Positions 1 through 10,151 are shown, counted from the stretch's first letter. The stretch: 64,000 nucleotides of DNA from Acidobacteriaceae bacterium (GCA_965218595.1 CBDCLC010000005.1:41368-105367), one strand, 5' to 3'. Numbers and translations: made by a program. Notes: a model not told the origin generated them from the sequence alone.

Positions 1-553
1 AGCGCGCCAGCAGCGTGTCCAGGTAGGCCGTTCCTCCGGCGATGTTCTGATCCGCCGCGAAGGCGTCGCCGACGCCCTGCTCCGCCGCCGTGCCCGGCAT
101 CAGCTGCATCAGACCGCGCGCGCCAGTGCGGGAGACCGCCCGAACCCGGCCGCCGCTCTCGGCCCGGACCACGCTGGCCAGGAGGTCGGCGTCGATATTG
201 TGCCGCGCGCCGGCGTGCTCCAGCATCTCGCCGATCTCGGCCCGCGTCGGCTCCGCCGTCTCCCTCGTCCCGAGGCTGCTCGGAACATCGCGTCGAGCCG
301 CCTGCGCCGGCGGGTCCGGCAGCACCTCCACCCGCACCACCGACGCTCTGCCCACCTCCATGTAGCTGCCCGAGCCGTCTGCCGCGTCGGGAAGGGAAGG
401 CAGGTACAGCCGCACCCGGTCTCCCACGGCCTCGCGCCGCGTGCAGTCGACCGCAAACCCGCTGCGCAGGGTCACGTGCTCGAGCGCGTGAGCCGCCACC
501 GGGCACAGCGCCGCGAAGAGCGCCACCAGCCCGGCCCAGCAAGCCTCACGCAT
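1..553 (-). CDS. Lytic transglycosylase (SLT domain), secreted; 3' end runs off the window
   Basis: Manual minus-strand translation from ATG at 553: MREACWAGLVALFAALCPVAAHA signal-like N-terminus, then HNIDADLLASVVRAESGG...GARGLMQLMPGTA...DQNIAGGTAYL (SLT catalytic Glu and GLMQ motif). Not in the ORF track because it is truncated. Confidence 0.9.
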   Translation of the reverse strand, partial: MREACWAGLVALFAALCPVAAHALEHVTLRSGFAVDCTRREAVGDRVRLYLPSLPDAADGSGSYMEVGRASVVRVEVLPDPPAQAARRDVPSSLGTRETAEPTRAEIGEMLEHAGARHNIDADLLASVVRAESGGRVRAVSRTGARGLMQLMPGTAAEQGVGDAFAADQNIAGGTAYLDTLLAR

Positions 554-735
554 GCCTCTATTCCACATCATTCCAGCCGAGCCTACCATTCCGCAGCCCC
601 GTTCGCCATGCCCCCTGGAGGTCATCGGTTCAGGATCCACCGGAGCTTCAACGCACGGGTGCCCCATTCATCGCGCCCTTGCGATGAGTGGGGTCTCACA
701 GCGATTCAGAACCCAACCGCAGTTGGAACTGCCCT

Positions 736-1719
736 TCACCGCAGAGCCACCGTCTCCACCTCCGCCCAAGGCATCGCCCCAGCCGCCAACCCTTCCAGAA
801 ACACCGCCACCCCGTCCTCATCATGGCGCCCAGCCACGTGCCAGCCCCGCTCCGCCGCCATCCGATGCAGCTCCACCGGCGCGTTGCCCATCAGCACCGC
901 GCGGCCGGCGCGCTCCAGCATCGGCAGATCGTTCCAGTTGTCGCCCACAGCGACGACCTCGCCCAAGTCGAAGCCCCGCCGCTCGGCCAGCTCAGCGATC
1001 GCCGCGCCCTTGCTGCAGCCCGCCGGCAGAATATCCAGGATGCTCAGGTCGCGGTCCGGGTACTCGGTCCGGTGCAGCGCCAGCTCCGCCCCTGCCGGAA
1101 TCGTGCCTGTCCACTCGATGTCGAGCACGCGCTCCTCCGCCGCCAGCCGCTGCTCGGCGCGCCGCATCCGCTCCACCGTGCCGCACAGCATCATCTGGAT
1201 GGGCAGCCCGGTCTCCAGCGCCCGCTCGATCGGCTGAATATGCGCCAGGTACGGCTCGTTCGCCGTCATCCACCGCCCAATGCTGCCGTGGAGCTCCTCC
1301 ATGTGCTCGACCACCAGGGCTCCGCGCGTGTCTTCGCCATCCGGCTGCACGGTGTCGAAGGTCATTACCAGCGACCGGCGAAACTCGCCCAGGTGCCCGC
1401 ACAGCCACTCGGAGGTGCCGCGCCCCACATGGTGCCGGACTACGAGGTCGGCGCTCAGCGTGCGCGTCACGGCGCCGTTCGAGCTGATCACCGCCATCTC
1501 CCCGCGCAACCCCAGACCGCGCAGCTGGCGCATGGCGTAGCTGTGCCGGCGCCCGGTTGCGATCAGCACCTCCACGCCGGCGCGCTCGGCCGCCAACACG
1601 GCCGCTGCTGCCCGCGTGCTGACCCGGCCATCGCCGCCCAGCAGCGTGCCATCCATGTCCAGCGCCACCATCTTCACTGCCGTTTCTGCCGCAGCTCCGC
1701 CGTCCCGTCGCCCGTTCAC
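736..1719 (-). CDS. Cof-type HAD-IIB family hydrolase
   Basis: HAD motifs ALDMDGTLL, IATGRR, SKGAAI, VGDNWNDLPML. Confidence 0.93.
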   Translation of the reverse strand: MNGRRDGGAAAETAVKMVALDMDGTLLGGDGRVSTRAAAAVLAAERAGVEVLIATGRRHSYAMRQLRGLGLRGEMAVISSNGAVTRTLSADLVVRHHVGRGTSEWLCGHLGEFRRSLVMTFDTVQPDGEDTRGALVVEHMEELHGSIGRWMTANEPYLAHIQPIERALETGLPIQMMLCGTVERMRRAEQRLAAEERVLDIEWTGTIPAGAELALHRTEYPDRDLSILDILPAGCSKGAAIAELAERRGFDLGEVVAVGDNWNDLPMLERAGRAVLMGNAPVELHRMAAERGWHVAGRHDEDGVAVFLEGLAAGAMPWAEVETVALR

Positions 1720-1850
1720 CTGTATATTCTCTCATCCCTGTCTGCATAAAAATCCGTAAGTGCAGTGGAATGTTCATGTTAGCGAAAAATTGACTGGACA
1801 GGTCTACCCCCGAGGCCTGACACTGGTACCAGCAACACAGGGTTACTTCT

Positions 1851-2267
1851 ATGCTTCACAATCGCATCGCCTCCGATCTCCGGAGTCATTTTTCCACCGT
1901 CGGTCCATCGCCTGCCAGTGCCTTGCCCAGCAGCTCCGATGCGGCCGGAGTCGTCTCCCCCAACCCCTTCGGCACGTTAGACCACCCCGCCGGACCCCGT
2001 CTGGTCGTTCTTCCCCCGCAGCCGCCCGGCACCCCAGCCCGCGAGCCGCTGCTGCCCGATCTGATCCGCGTCAGCGCTCACCGATGTGCCGCCTTCTTCG
2101 CCGAAGCCGCCGTTCTGGTCTTTGTGCTGGGAATCCTGGACCGCTACCTGGCGAAAGACCGCCTCGAGTTCGGGTGGATTGCCGGAGCCTTTCTCGCCAG
2201 CCTCACCCTCCTTGCCGCCAGCATCCTGACCGATCTATCGGCGCGCCGCTGGCTCCAGTCGCGCTGA
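1851..2267 (+). CDS. Hypothetical small membrane protein (Pro-rich N-terminus, two C-terminal TM helices)
   Basis: Only plausible ORF in the gap; hydrophobic segments AAFFAEAAVLVFVLGIL and GWIAGAFLASLTLLAASIL. Confidence 0.65.
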   Translation: MLHNRIASDLRSHFSTVGPSPASALPSSSDAAGVVSPNPFGTLDHPAGPRLVVLPPQPPGTPAREPLLPDLIRVSAHRCAAFFAEAAVLVFVLGILDRYLAKDRLEFGWIAGAFLASLTLLAASILTDLSARRWLQSR

Positions 2268-2329
2268 CCGGCAAGTCTTGAGTCTGGGGTCCTCCGGGGC
2301 GCACCCCATCCCTCCAGTACCATCAGGCC

Positions 2330-3592
2330 ATGCCCCGGATTGCCTATCTCGAGTCCACCCGCGACCCCTCCGTCCACCTCCCGGCCGACAGCCCCCAGAC
2401 CCTGGCCCCGGACGGCGCGTCGCTCTACGTCCGCTATGACATGGACGAGCTTCGCCACACCGCGCACCGGGACGCCCCGGCGCGCTACACCGCCAGCTCG
2501 CCGGCCTCGCTCGGCATGTGGCGCTACCGCGACGTTCTGCCCGACGTCACCCCCGTGACGCTGGGCGAGGGCTGGACGCCCATGGTCCGCTCCCGCCGCT
2601 ACCCCGGCCTGCTGATCAAGGAGGAGGGCGCCAACCCAACCGGCACCTTCAAGGCGCGCGGCCTGGGCATGGCCGTCACGATGGCCCGGCACTACGGTCT
2701 CCAGCACCTGGCCGTGCCCTCCGCCGGCAACGCGGCCGGAGCGCTCGCCGCCTACGCGGCTGCAGCTGGTATCCAGGCTCACCTGTTTATGCCGAAGGAC
2801 GTTCCCTTCGCCAACTACCTGGAAGGCGTGGTCTACGGAGCCGACGTGACTCTGGTCGACGGCCTGATCTCCGACTGCGCCCGGATGGTCGGCGACCGCA
2901 TCCGCGCCCAGCGCGAGGCCGGCACGCCGCCGGAGGAGACCTGGTTCGACATCTCCACCCTGAAGGAGCCCTTTCGCGTCGAGGGCAAAAAGACCATGGG
3001 CTACGAGCTGGCCGAGCAGCTCGGCTGGCGCTACCCCGACGCGGTCTTCTACCCCACCGGCGGTGGAGTCGGCCTGATCGGCATGTGGAAGGCCTTTGAC
3101 GAGATGGAGCAGCTCGGCTGGATCGAGCCCGGCACGCCGCGCCCGCGCATGTACGCCCTCCAGGCCGCCGGCTGCCAGCCCGTGGTCGAGGCCTTCGAGG
3201 CCGGCTCGCCCACGGCCGAGTTCTTTCCCGACGCCGAAACCTTTGCCTCCGGCCTCCGCGTGCCCAAACCCTACGCCGACAGGCTGATCCTCGAGATTGT
3301 GCGGGAGTCCGGCGGCAAGGCCATCGCCGTCACCGACGAGCAGATCCTCGCCTCCATCCTCGACTACGCGCGGCACGAGGGCCTGTTTCTCTCCCCCGAG
3401 GGCGCCGCCGCCACGGCCGCCTACGACGGCCTGCTCGCCTCGGGCGAGCTCGACCCCGGCGCGACCGTGGTGCTGTTCAACACCGGCGCCGGCCTGAAGT
3501 ACACCGACACCACCGCCAAGGCCATGCACCTCCGCCGCCCTGGCACGCTGCCCACCAGCCTGCCGGTGGGCGGCATCATCACGCCGGTGTGA
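2330..3592 (+). CDS. thrC: Threonine synthase (PLP, fold type II)
   Basis: MWRYRDVLP, TLGEGWTP, PLP-lysine motif NPTGTFKARG, PSAGNAAGALAAY, YPTGGGVG. Confidence 0.92.
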   Translation: MPRIAYLESTRDPSVHLPADSPQTLAPDGASLYVRYDMDELRHTAHRDAPARYTASSPASLGMWRYRDVLPDVTPVTLGEGWTPMVRSRRYPGLLIKEEGANPTGTFKARGLGMAVTMARHYGLQHLAVPSAGNAAGALAAYAAAAGIQAHLFMPKDVPFANYLEGVVYGADVTLVDGLISDCARMVGDRIRAQREAGTPPEETWFDISTLKEPFRVEGKKTMGYELAEQLGWRYPDAVFYPTGGGVGLIGMWKAFDEMEQLGWIEPGTPRPRMYALQAAGCQPVVEAFEAGSPTAEFFPDAETFASGLRVPKPYADRLILEIVRESGGKAIAVTDEQILASILDYARHEGLFLSPEGAAATAAYDGLLASGELDPGATVVLFNTGAGLKYTDTTAKAMHLRRPGTLPTSLPVGGIITPV

Positions 3593-3609
3593 TTGGGGCA
3601 CTGGAGCCG

Positions 3610-3974
3610 TCTTCTCGACCAGAGCGGGACGCTTCCCGTCCCGCGCTATCGGGAGACCCTGTACCTTCTGCGACTCGGCTGGATCGACCTCCATCCCTTA
3701 TCATCTCGACCGAAGCGCAGCGCAGTGGAGAGACCCCTGTATTCTGGCCCTGGCGACCGGAAGTTCTGTTCTGTGCCTCGGCAGCAAAATACAGGGTCTC
3801 TCCGCTCCACGAGATGGAAAGCCATCTCGTTCCGGTCGAGATGACACCCTCCTTGCTACAGGTCGACACACCTTGGTAAGAAGCTTTATGAGCCTTTGAT
3901 CTAGTCCTGCGAGTGAATGACAGGGATCTCTCCACTGCCCCCCTCGGCTTTGCTCGGGGTCTGGTCGAGAGGAC
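3610..3974. repeat. REP-like family A cluster, four units (two in each orientation) between convergent thrC and fumarase
   Basis: TCATCTCGACCG...GTGGAGAGACCCCTGTATT at 3701-3743; inverted AAATACAGGGTCTCTCC...CCGGTCGAGATGACA at 3787-3846; diverged units at about 3610-3664 and 3922-3974. Confidence 0.85.
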
Positions 3975-4000
3975 AAACGGAACAAGGTGAGCACCCAAAC

Positions 4001-5551
4001 TTACTGCCCCAGGATGGGGACGCCGCCCAACTCCATGGAACTCGCGATCCTTTGCCGCCACTCCGCCGGTCCGGTCTCGTGCACGCTGATGCCGTCGGAG
4101 CTGACGGCGACCGTAACCGGCATGTCGACCACCTCGAACTCGTAGATGGCCTCCATGCCGAGGTCCTCGAAGGCCAGCACGCGCGAGCTGCGGATCGCCT
4201 TCGAGACCAGGTAGGCCGCGCCGCCGACGGCCATCAGGTACACGGCGCCGTTGTCGCGGATGGCTTCAATGGCCGCGACGCCCCGCTCGGCCTTGCCGAT
4301 CATACCCAGCAGGCCGGTCTCTTCGAGCATCTGCCGGGTGAACTTGTCCATGCGGGTGGCGGTGGTGGGGCCGGCCGGGCCGACTGCCTCGTCGCGCACC
4401 GCCTCGACCGGACCGACGTAGTAGATGAAGCGGTTGGTGAAGTCGACCGGCAGCGGCTCGCCGCGGTCGAGCATGCTGGTCAGGCGCTTGTGCGCCGCGT
4501 CGCGGCCGGTCAGCAGCTTGCCCGTGAGCAGAATGGTCTCGCCCGGCTGCCATTCCCCGATGTCGGCGCGTGACACCGTGCCGAGGTCGACGCGGCGGGC
4601 GTTTTGTACCTCGTATTCCATGCGCGGCCACAGGTCGAGCGAGGGGGGCGCCAGCATCACCGGGCCTTTGCCGCGAAGGACAAAGTGCGCGTGCCGGGTG
4701 GCGGCGCAGTTCGGGATCATGGCCACGGGCAGGTTGGCGGCGTGCGTCGGCCAGTCCAGAATCTTGACGTCGAGCACGGTGGTGAGGCCGCCCAGCCCCT
4801 GCGCTCCGATGCCGAGCGCGTTGACCCGGTCGAAGAGATCCATGCGCATCTGCTCCAGGTCATTCGCCGGCCCGCGTGCCTTCAGCTCGGTCATGTTGAT
4901 TGGGTCCATCAGGCTCTTTTTGGCCAGCAGCATGGCTTTTTCGGCCGTGCCACCGATGCCGATGCCCAGCATCCCGGGCGGGCACCAGCCCGCGCCCATG
5001 GTGGGCACCGTCCTGAGCACCCAGTCGATGACGGAGTCCGATGGGTTGAGCATGACAAACTTCGACTTGGCCTCGGAGCCGCCGCCCTTGGCCGCGACCG
5101 TCACGTCGACGGTTGCGCCCGGAACGAGCTCGACCTCGACCACCGACGGCGTGTTGTCGACGGTGTTCTTGCGGGCAAACGCCGGGTCGGCCAGGATGGA
5201 CCCGCGCAGGCGGTTCTCCGGATCGAGCCACGCCTGCCGAACCCCGGCGTCGCACATCTGCTGCAGGCTCATCTGCGCGGGCTCGCCCGCCGCGTCGACG
5301 AAACGGCACTCCATGCCGATCTTCAGAAAAAGGGTGACGATGCCGGTGTCCTGGCAGATGGGGCGGTGGCCTTCGGCGCACATGCGGCTGTTGACCAGGA
5401 TCTGCTTCATGGCATCGCGCGCCGCGGGCGACTCTTCCCGCTCGAAGGCCTGCGCGAGATTGGTGATGTAGTCCTCAGGATGGTAGTAGCTGATGTACTG
5501 CAGCGCGTCGGCGACGCTCTGGATCAGATCGTGTTGGTGGATGTTGATCAT
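4001..5551 (-). CDS. fumA: Fumarate hydratase class I (Fe-S), fused alpha+beta domains
   Basis: DALQYISYYHP, RPICQDTG, GAGWCPPG, PNCAATRH, GPAGPTTATRMDKF. Confidence 0.95.
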   Translation of the reverse strand: MINIHQHDLIQSVADALQYISYYHPEDYITNLAQAFEREESPAARDAMKQILVNSRMCAEGHRPICQDTGIVTLFLKIGMECRFVDAAGEPAQMSLQQMCDAGVRQAWLDPENRLRGSILADPAFARKNTVDNTPSVVEVELVPGATVDVTVAAKGGGSEAKSKFVMLNPSDSVIDWVLRTVPTMGAGWCPPGMLGIGIGGTAEKAMLLAKKSLMDPINMTELKARGPANDLEQMRMDLFDRVNALGIGAQGLGGLTTVLDVKILDWPTHAANLPVAMIPNCAATRHAHFVLRGKGPVMLAPPSLDLWPRMEYEVQNARRVDLGTVSRADIGEWQPGETILLTGKLLTGRDAAHKRLTSMLDRGEPLPVDFTNRFIYYVGPVEAVRDEAVGPAGPTTATRMDKFTRQMLEETGLLGMIGKAERGVAAIEAIRDNGAVYLMAVGGAAYLVSKAIRSSRVLAFEDLGMEAIYEFEVVDMPVTVAVSSDGISVHETGPAEWRQRIASSMELGGVPILGQ

Positions 5552-5623
5552 GGGCAGCCTGGAACGGGAGACAGTTGGAAAGCGGCTGGTCCGTTCGGAA
5601 CCGCTCGCCGCACGTGAGATGCT

Positions 5624-6151
5624 TCATGCATCCAGGGTTGCGAAGATCCCTTCGAGGTTGATCGCAACCGAGGTCTGGGGCACCCGCAGGGTGCCGCCCC
5701 GCTGCTCGAACAGCTCGCCACCGCGCAGCACATACGCCGTCCGCGTTGCCGGATCGAAGATCCACACCTCGGCGGACCCCATGCGCAGGTAATCTTCACA
5801 GCGCGCTCGCATTCCCGCCACGTTGTCGCGCGGCGAGAGGATCTCGATCGGCAGCAGAGGAGCCTCCTCGACGACCGGTGTTTTTTTCCAATCGGCGCGC
5901 ATGAGACAAAGGTCGGGAACCCGAAATCGAGTCGGCGAGACCCGCACCCTGAGCTCAGGCCAGATGACGTAACCACCGGTTCTTTCCTGAGCGGCCAGAA
6001 TGAGCAGCAGCACCTTCTGCAGGGTAGCGTGGTCCAGTTCTCCCACGTTCCGCTCCTCAATCTCACCGTCGACATAATCCACATCCGGCCGGTACACGGA
6101 ACCGAGGTACTCTCCCAGCGGAACACTGGGCACTGTCGCGGAAGCTGCCAT
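5624..6151 (-). CDS. Uma2 family (DUF820) PD-(D/E)XK-like endonuclease
   Basis: EYL...YRPDVDYVDGEIEER, RVPDLC, IEILSPRD, EVWIFDP; AGGAG RBS upstream of ATG 6151. Confidence 0.9.
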   Translation of the reverse strand: MAASATVPSVPLGEYLGSVYRPDVDYVDGEIEERNVGELDHATLQKVLLLILAAQERTGGYVIWPELRVRVSPTRFRVPDLCLMRADWKKTPVVEEAPLLPIEILSPRDNVAGMRARCEDYLRMGSAEVWIFDPATRTAYVLRGGELFEQRGGTLRVPQTSVAINLEGIFATLDA

Positions 6152-6312
6152 GGCTCTCTCCTGTCGCTGCACTTCCATGATGGAACCGCGACGCGCCCGA
6201 TGCAAGATGCGAAAGCAGAAAAGACGTTTCGATGGAGACGGGGAGCGTTGCGGTCCAGAAGAAAGCGGCCGGCCTGCAGGCCAGCCGCTGTTCGGTTCCG
6301 GACGACAGGAGC

Positions 6313-6828
6313 TTAGGCGTGCTGCATGCTCGCCTGGGCTGCCTTCTGGTTGACCGTTTGTTCGGCGATGCGGGTCAGCTTCTGGTCTCCGCCCTTGCTG
6401 TCTTCCAGGTTCTGCTTCAGCGGCTGCGCGGCATCCGTCTTGCCGATCAGCTTGGCATAGCTTTCGAGCGAGCCATAGTTTGACACGCGGTAGTGCTGCA
6501 TCTGGTTGGCCGCGACGATCAGGGCGGCATCGCGAACCGGACCCGCATCGGTGTTCGAGATCATCTGCTCGACCTCGGTGATCATGGCCTGCGCGACGTG
6601 ATTCTTGTTGGCCTGCGCCGGTTTGCCGACAGTCTGAAAGACCTGCTGGATGCGCTGCGCGTACTCACGTCCCTTGGTGACGCTCTGCTCAAAGATCTCT
6701 TTTGCCTGGGGCTCGGTGGCCGCGTCCGCCATCTTCCTGGCCGCATCCGCAGCCTGGTTCTCAAAGTCCAGGGTGTAGCTCAGGCCGGTCAGCATCAGGT
6801 CTTCCACGGTCGTCATCTTGTTCGCCAT
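6313..6828 (-). CDS. DUF892 / YciF-type ferritin-like protein
   Basis: DAALIVAANQMQHYRVSNYGSL resembles the YciE/YciF RDAALIAAAQ..EHYEIA.YGTL motif; C-terminal DQKLTRIAE...VN. Confidence 0.82.
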   Translation of the reverse strand: MANKMTTVEDLMLTGLSYTLDFENQAADAARKMADAATEPQAKEIFEQSVTKGREYAQRIQQVFQTVGKPAQANKNHVAQAMITEVEQMISNTDAGPVRDAALIVAANQMQHYRVSNYGSLESYAKLIGKTDAAQPLKQNLEDSKGGDQKLTRIAEQTVNQKAAQASMQHA

Positions 6829-6986
6829 CTCTCATTCCCTCCGGGGGTCCCTCGTCAACGCTCGGCAATCGGGCACCGCCCACATTTAGAGGAATGCCGG
6901 AACGGCGACCTTCGTTGCCAGCTGTTTCAGCGCACGTTGACGGGCTCAAATCAGGGGCGGGTGGATAACCTAGGCCGCCTGGCTGT

Positions 6987-7670
6987 CTACCGCCCGATGT
7001 GTCCAAACCGGTACACCAACTGAATGTTGAAGCCGGCGTTGTTCTGCAGACTGCCACCGAACAGGGTCGGAGCGTAGGTCGGCTGCAGGCGAACGGCGAA
7101 GTTGGGAAAGAAGTTGTAGTCGAGGTTGAGATCGAGGGCAAAGGCCGGCCGCACGCCGTCCTGGTAGAGCCCCAGAGCCCGCGGGTCCACCCCCAGCCGG
7201 TCGCCGTCGAACCAGCCATACGTGGCGCCGCCCAGGCCATCCACGCTCGCTGCCAACTTTTGCTTGGCGTAGAAGCGATATCGAACGCCCCCAAGAAAGG
7301 TGTAGTGGCTGATCGATGGGCGATACGGCCCGTTGACGGCCGGGTATCCGGGCTGGGCGAAGATCTGGGAGTCCAGCCTGGCGTTGCCGAAGCTCGCCCG
7401 GAGGTCGGCGACAGCGGCGAACCTGGGGTTGAGGTAGTAGGCCAGTGAGGTCGCCGCCGTCACATCGTTATTGTGGAGATTGGTGTCTCCCGATCGGAAA
7501 CGCAGGTAGCCACCGCCAGCCGCCGCCTCGAAGCGATGGTCATACGTCGCGCGAATCGTCCGCTCGATACGCGCCCGGCGGTTCACATTGCTCTCCCGCC
7601 GCTGCCGTCGCGTGTTCTGTGCTCCTGCCGGCGCCGCCGCCAGCCCCGCCAAAACTGCCAGTACCACCAT
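6987..7670 (-). CDS. Hypothetical outer-membrane beta-barrel protein (alternative GTG start 7703)
   Basis: Signal peptide ending AAPAGA, alternating hydrophobic beta-strands, C-terminal NIQLVYRF strand. Confidence 0.7.
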   Translation of the reverse strand: MVVLAVLAGLAAAPAGAQNTRRQRRESNVNRRARIERTIRATYDHRFEAAAGGGYLRFRSGDTNLHNNDVTAATSLAYYLNPRFAAVADLRASFGNARLDSQIFAQPGYPAVNGPYRPSISHYTFLGGVRYRFYAKQKLAASVDGLGGATYGWFDGDRLGVDPRALGLYQDGVRPAFALDLNLDYNFFPNFAVRLQPTYAPTLFGGSLQNNAGFNIQLVYRFGHIGR

Positions 7671-7906
7671 CCGCCTCAACGGCGACAACACACCACACAC
7701 CACGAACGCTCCTGCGGCTCGCTCCGTTTGCTAAGGTGAGATTGGGAGACCGGAGTCCCCGAAACGAGCCAGCCTTATTAGAACATCTGCCGCCCTGCGG
7801 CGGTGCTCCCGGGGGAGGGTTGGCGCACGCCCCGGCCGCGGCGTGGCAAAGATTGCTGCAGGCCAGGCGCGCGGCGGCCGGCACCCCCGAGGGACCCGCA
7901 GGGAAC

Positions 7907-8593
7907 ATGGCAAACAGAGCACCGGCAAACCGGGGAGGTGGTGGAGCGGGCCGGACGGCCTCCCGCGGCTCCGGTCCGCGCCCTTCGCGCAGGCGTGGCT
8001 CGGGCCGCAGACCGGGCACCGGAGCTCTCGCCGCTGGCGTCCTTCTCGGCCTTGTCGCCGCGGCTGCCGCATTCTGGCTTTTTGGCCATCTTCTGCCGGG
8101 CCGCCGTGCGGCGGAACCCAGGCCTGCTGCGGGACGCTCCGCGGTGCCCTCGCCGCTGTCACGGACTCCCGCGCACGGTGGCCGTGGGATTGCGCCTCCG
8201 GGCGAAGGCGCGTCCGAGACCGCCCCGCACGCAACTGCCAAACTCCAGACCGCTCCCTTCGGCACGAGCGAGGATGTCTTCGAAGCGGGAGCAACCCTCT
8301 ACCGGGCACGCTGCGCCTCCTGCCACGGGACGCCAGGGCACGCCGCGGCTGGCCATGCAAATGCCCTGCAGCTCTGGCAGAAGGACCCGCGCTCGGGCGG
8401 CACCGGCGTCAGTCGCGAGGCGCAGCGGACCGTCTTTGAGAGCATCGCCGATGGCGCGCCCCGGGCGGGGATGCCGGCCTACCGGGCAAGCCTGACGGAG
8501 ACCCAGATCTGGCAGGTGACGCTGCTGCTTGGGAGCGCCGGCGAGGATCTGCCGGATCCCGTGCTCCATCTGCTCGAGACAGCGGGAAGATAG
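7907..8593 (+). CDS. Membrane-anchored class I c-type cytochrome
   Basis: Single TM helix (ALAAGVLLGLVAAAAAFWLFG), heme motif CASCHG, axial Met in GMPAY, TETQIWQV helix. Confidence 0.82.
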   Translation: MANRAPANRGGGGAGRTASRGSGPRPSRRRGSGRRPGTGALAAGVLLGLVAAAAAFWLFGHLLPGRRAAEPRPAAGRSAVPSPLSRTPAHGGRGIAPPGEGASETAPHATAKLQTAPFGTSEDVFEAGATLYRARCASCHGTPGHAAAGHANALQLWQKDPRSGGTGVSREAQRTVFESIADGAPRAGMPAYRASLTETQIWQVTLLLGSAGEDLPDPVLHLLETAGR

Positions 8594-8925
8594 CTCCCCA
8601 GGACCGGGCTGCCGCAGAAGAAGCTGCAGCTTGACGTTCCGGTTGGCGCAGAAAGCCCCGGGATCGCATCGCGGGCAGAAGCTCCAACGGCGCGCGTTGA
8701 TGGGTCAGGTGTGGCGGTTGGGCCTTAGACGAAGTTCGTCCGGAAATGGCAGTTGCCAATCGTGCAATGGCGGGGGTACTATCCGTTTCGCAGTCCGGAG
8801 ATGCTCCGAAGCTGGGGCGTTCGAAGTCTGCGGGGGCCCCGAAACACGTTGCAGTGCAACGACTTGAGAGCAAAGGAAAGAACCATGCCCGCTGCTGGCG
8901 CGGCCTGGTCGGGTCAAGACCAACT

Positions 8926-9654
8926 ATGTCCTGGTACGCGTACTGCATCGCGGAGCGCAAAGCGTTTCCTGAGCTGGCCAAACACCGGCGACCCACGCCC
9001 CTGACCGAGCGAAACGGCCTGTTTGGGAATCAGATTTTTCTGTTTCCCGCGGGCGAGCTTGCGGTCATCGTCTCCGAACACAACGCCGAGGACGCCAGCC
9101 GGTTCGATGACCGGGCCGCCCGCGAGCACGCCTCCGTTGTGGCCGGCTGCTTCCGCCACTCGACCGTTCTCCCATTCCGTTTCGGGACGACCTTTGAGGA
9201 TGACGACGCCCTCCGCCGATCGGTGCGCTCCAATCAGCGGCACTTCCAAGACAATGTGGAGCGGCTGCGGGGCAAGGCCGAGATGCACCTGAAGGTGGTG
9301 GTCGACGATACCTGTCCGGGAACAACCCACAGGTCGAGGGAGGTCGGCCAGCAGTACCTCCACAGCCTCCATGAGAGCGCCACCCGGCAGCGGGAACGGC
9401 AGTCCCGTGCTCGCGCGCTCTCGGTTCAGGTGAACCGGATGTTTCTTCCCCTGGCCGAGGAGATTACCTGCAAGCGGATTGAAAGCAACAAGATGCTGTT
9501 GGACATTGCGCACCTGATCGACGGAAAGACGGTGGAGCGCTACCAGAACAAGTACTCCTCCGCATCGCAGCAGATGAAAGAGTGCCGGATGCACATGTCC
9601 GGTCCCTGGCCGCCCTACCACTTTGTGCAGCGCTCCCAGCCGCACGCGAACTAG
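8926..9654 (+). CDS. GvpL/GvpF family protein
   Basis: WYAYCI start, HASVV...TVLPFRFGT, LRGKAEMHLKV, SGPWPPYHFV end. Confidence 0.88.
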   Translation: MSWYAYCIAERKAFPELAKHRRPTPLTERNGLFGNQIFLFPAGELAVIVSEHNAEDASRFDDRAAREHASVVAGCFRHSTVLPFRFGTTFEDDDALRRSVRSNQRHFQDNVERLRGKAEMHLKVVVDDTCPGTTHRSREVGQQYLHSLHESATRQRERQSRARALSVQVNRMFLPLAEEITCKRIESNKMLLDIAHLIDGKTVERYQNKYSSASQQMKECRMHMSGPWPPYHFVQRSQPHAN

Positions 9655-9699
9655 AGGGTTCTCCTGGGTTGTCCATGCCGCCGTTGGGGGAAGATCCCG

Positions 9700-10110
9700 C
9701 CTCCTGCGACCGCACCAAGTTTCGAGGCGCACGTATACCCTGAACCCACGTCTCAAGTTCGAGACGTGGGGCACCCTGGGTCCAAATTACCGACGAACCA
9801 ACGACTGCGGGGTGCCCCACATCTCGCTTCTGAGATGTGGGATCCTTGGACCTCGAGGGCTCCACCACCCGAACCCAACCCGAGCCCGTCGAGCCGTTGT
9901 GTTGAGCAGTTCCCCTCTCCTGAGACCGCATCAGGTTTCGAGGCACGCGAAGACCCTCAACCCACGTCTCAAGTTCGAGACGTGGGGCACCCCGGGGTCC
10001 AAATTACCGACGAACCAACGACTGCGGGGTGCCCCACATCTCGCTTCTGAGATGTGGGTTCCGTGAATCTCCAGGGTTCCACCACCCGAACCCAACCCCG
10101 ACCCGTCGAA
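9700..10110. repeat. Direct duplication of a ~216-bp unit, each containing a convergent pair of family B palindromes
   Basis: AACCCACGTCTCAAGTTCGAGACGTGGGGCACCC at 9743 and 9959; GGGTGCCCCACATCTCGCTTCTGAGATGTGGG at about 9810 and 10027; linker CCAAATTACCGACGAACCAACGACTGCGG identical in both copies. Confidence 0.93.
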
Positions 10111-10151
10111 GGGAGGAGTTGAGTTCCCCACCTCGGATGGAGGCTGTGCCC

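Noticed and set aside
5624-6151. Uma2 nuclease as a defence system or as the mobiliser of the repeats
   Set aside because: A solitary Uma2 gene is common in this group; it has no partner genes and is not flanked by either repeat family.
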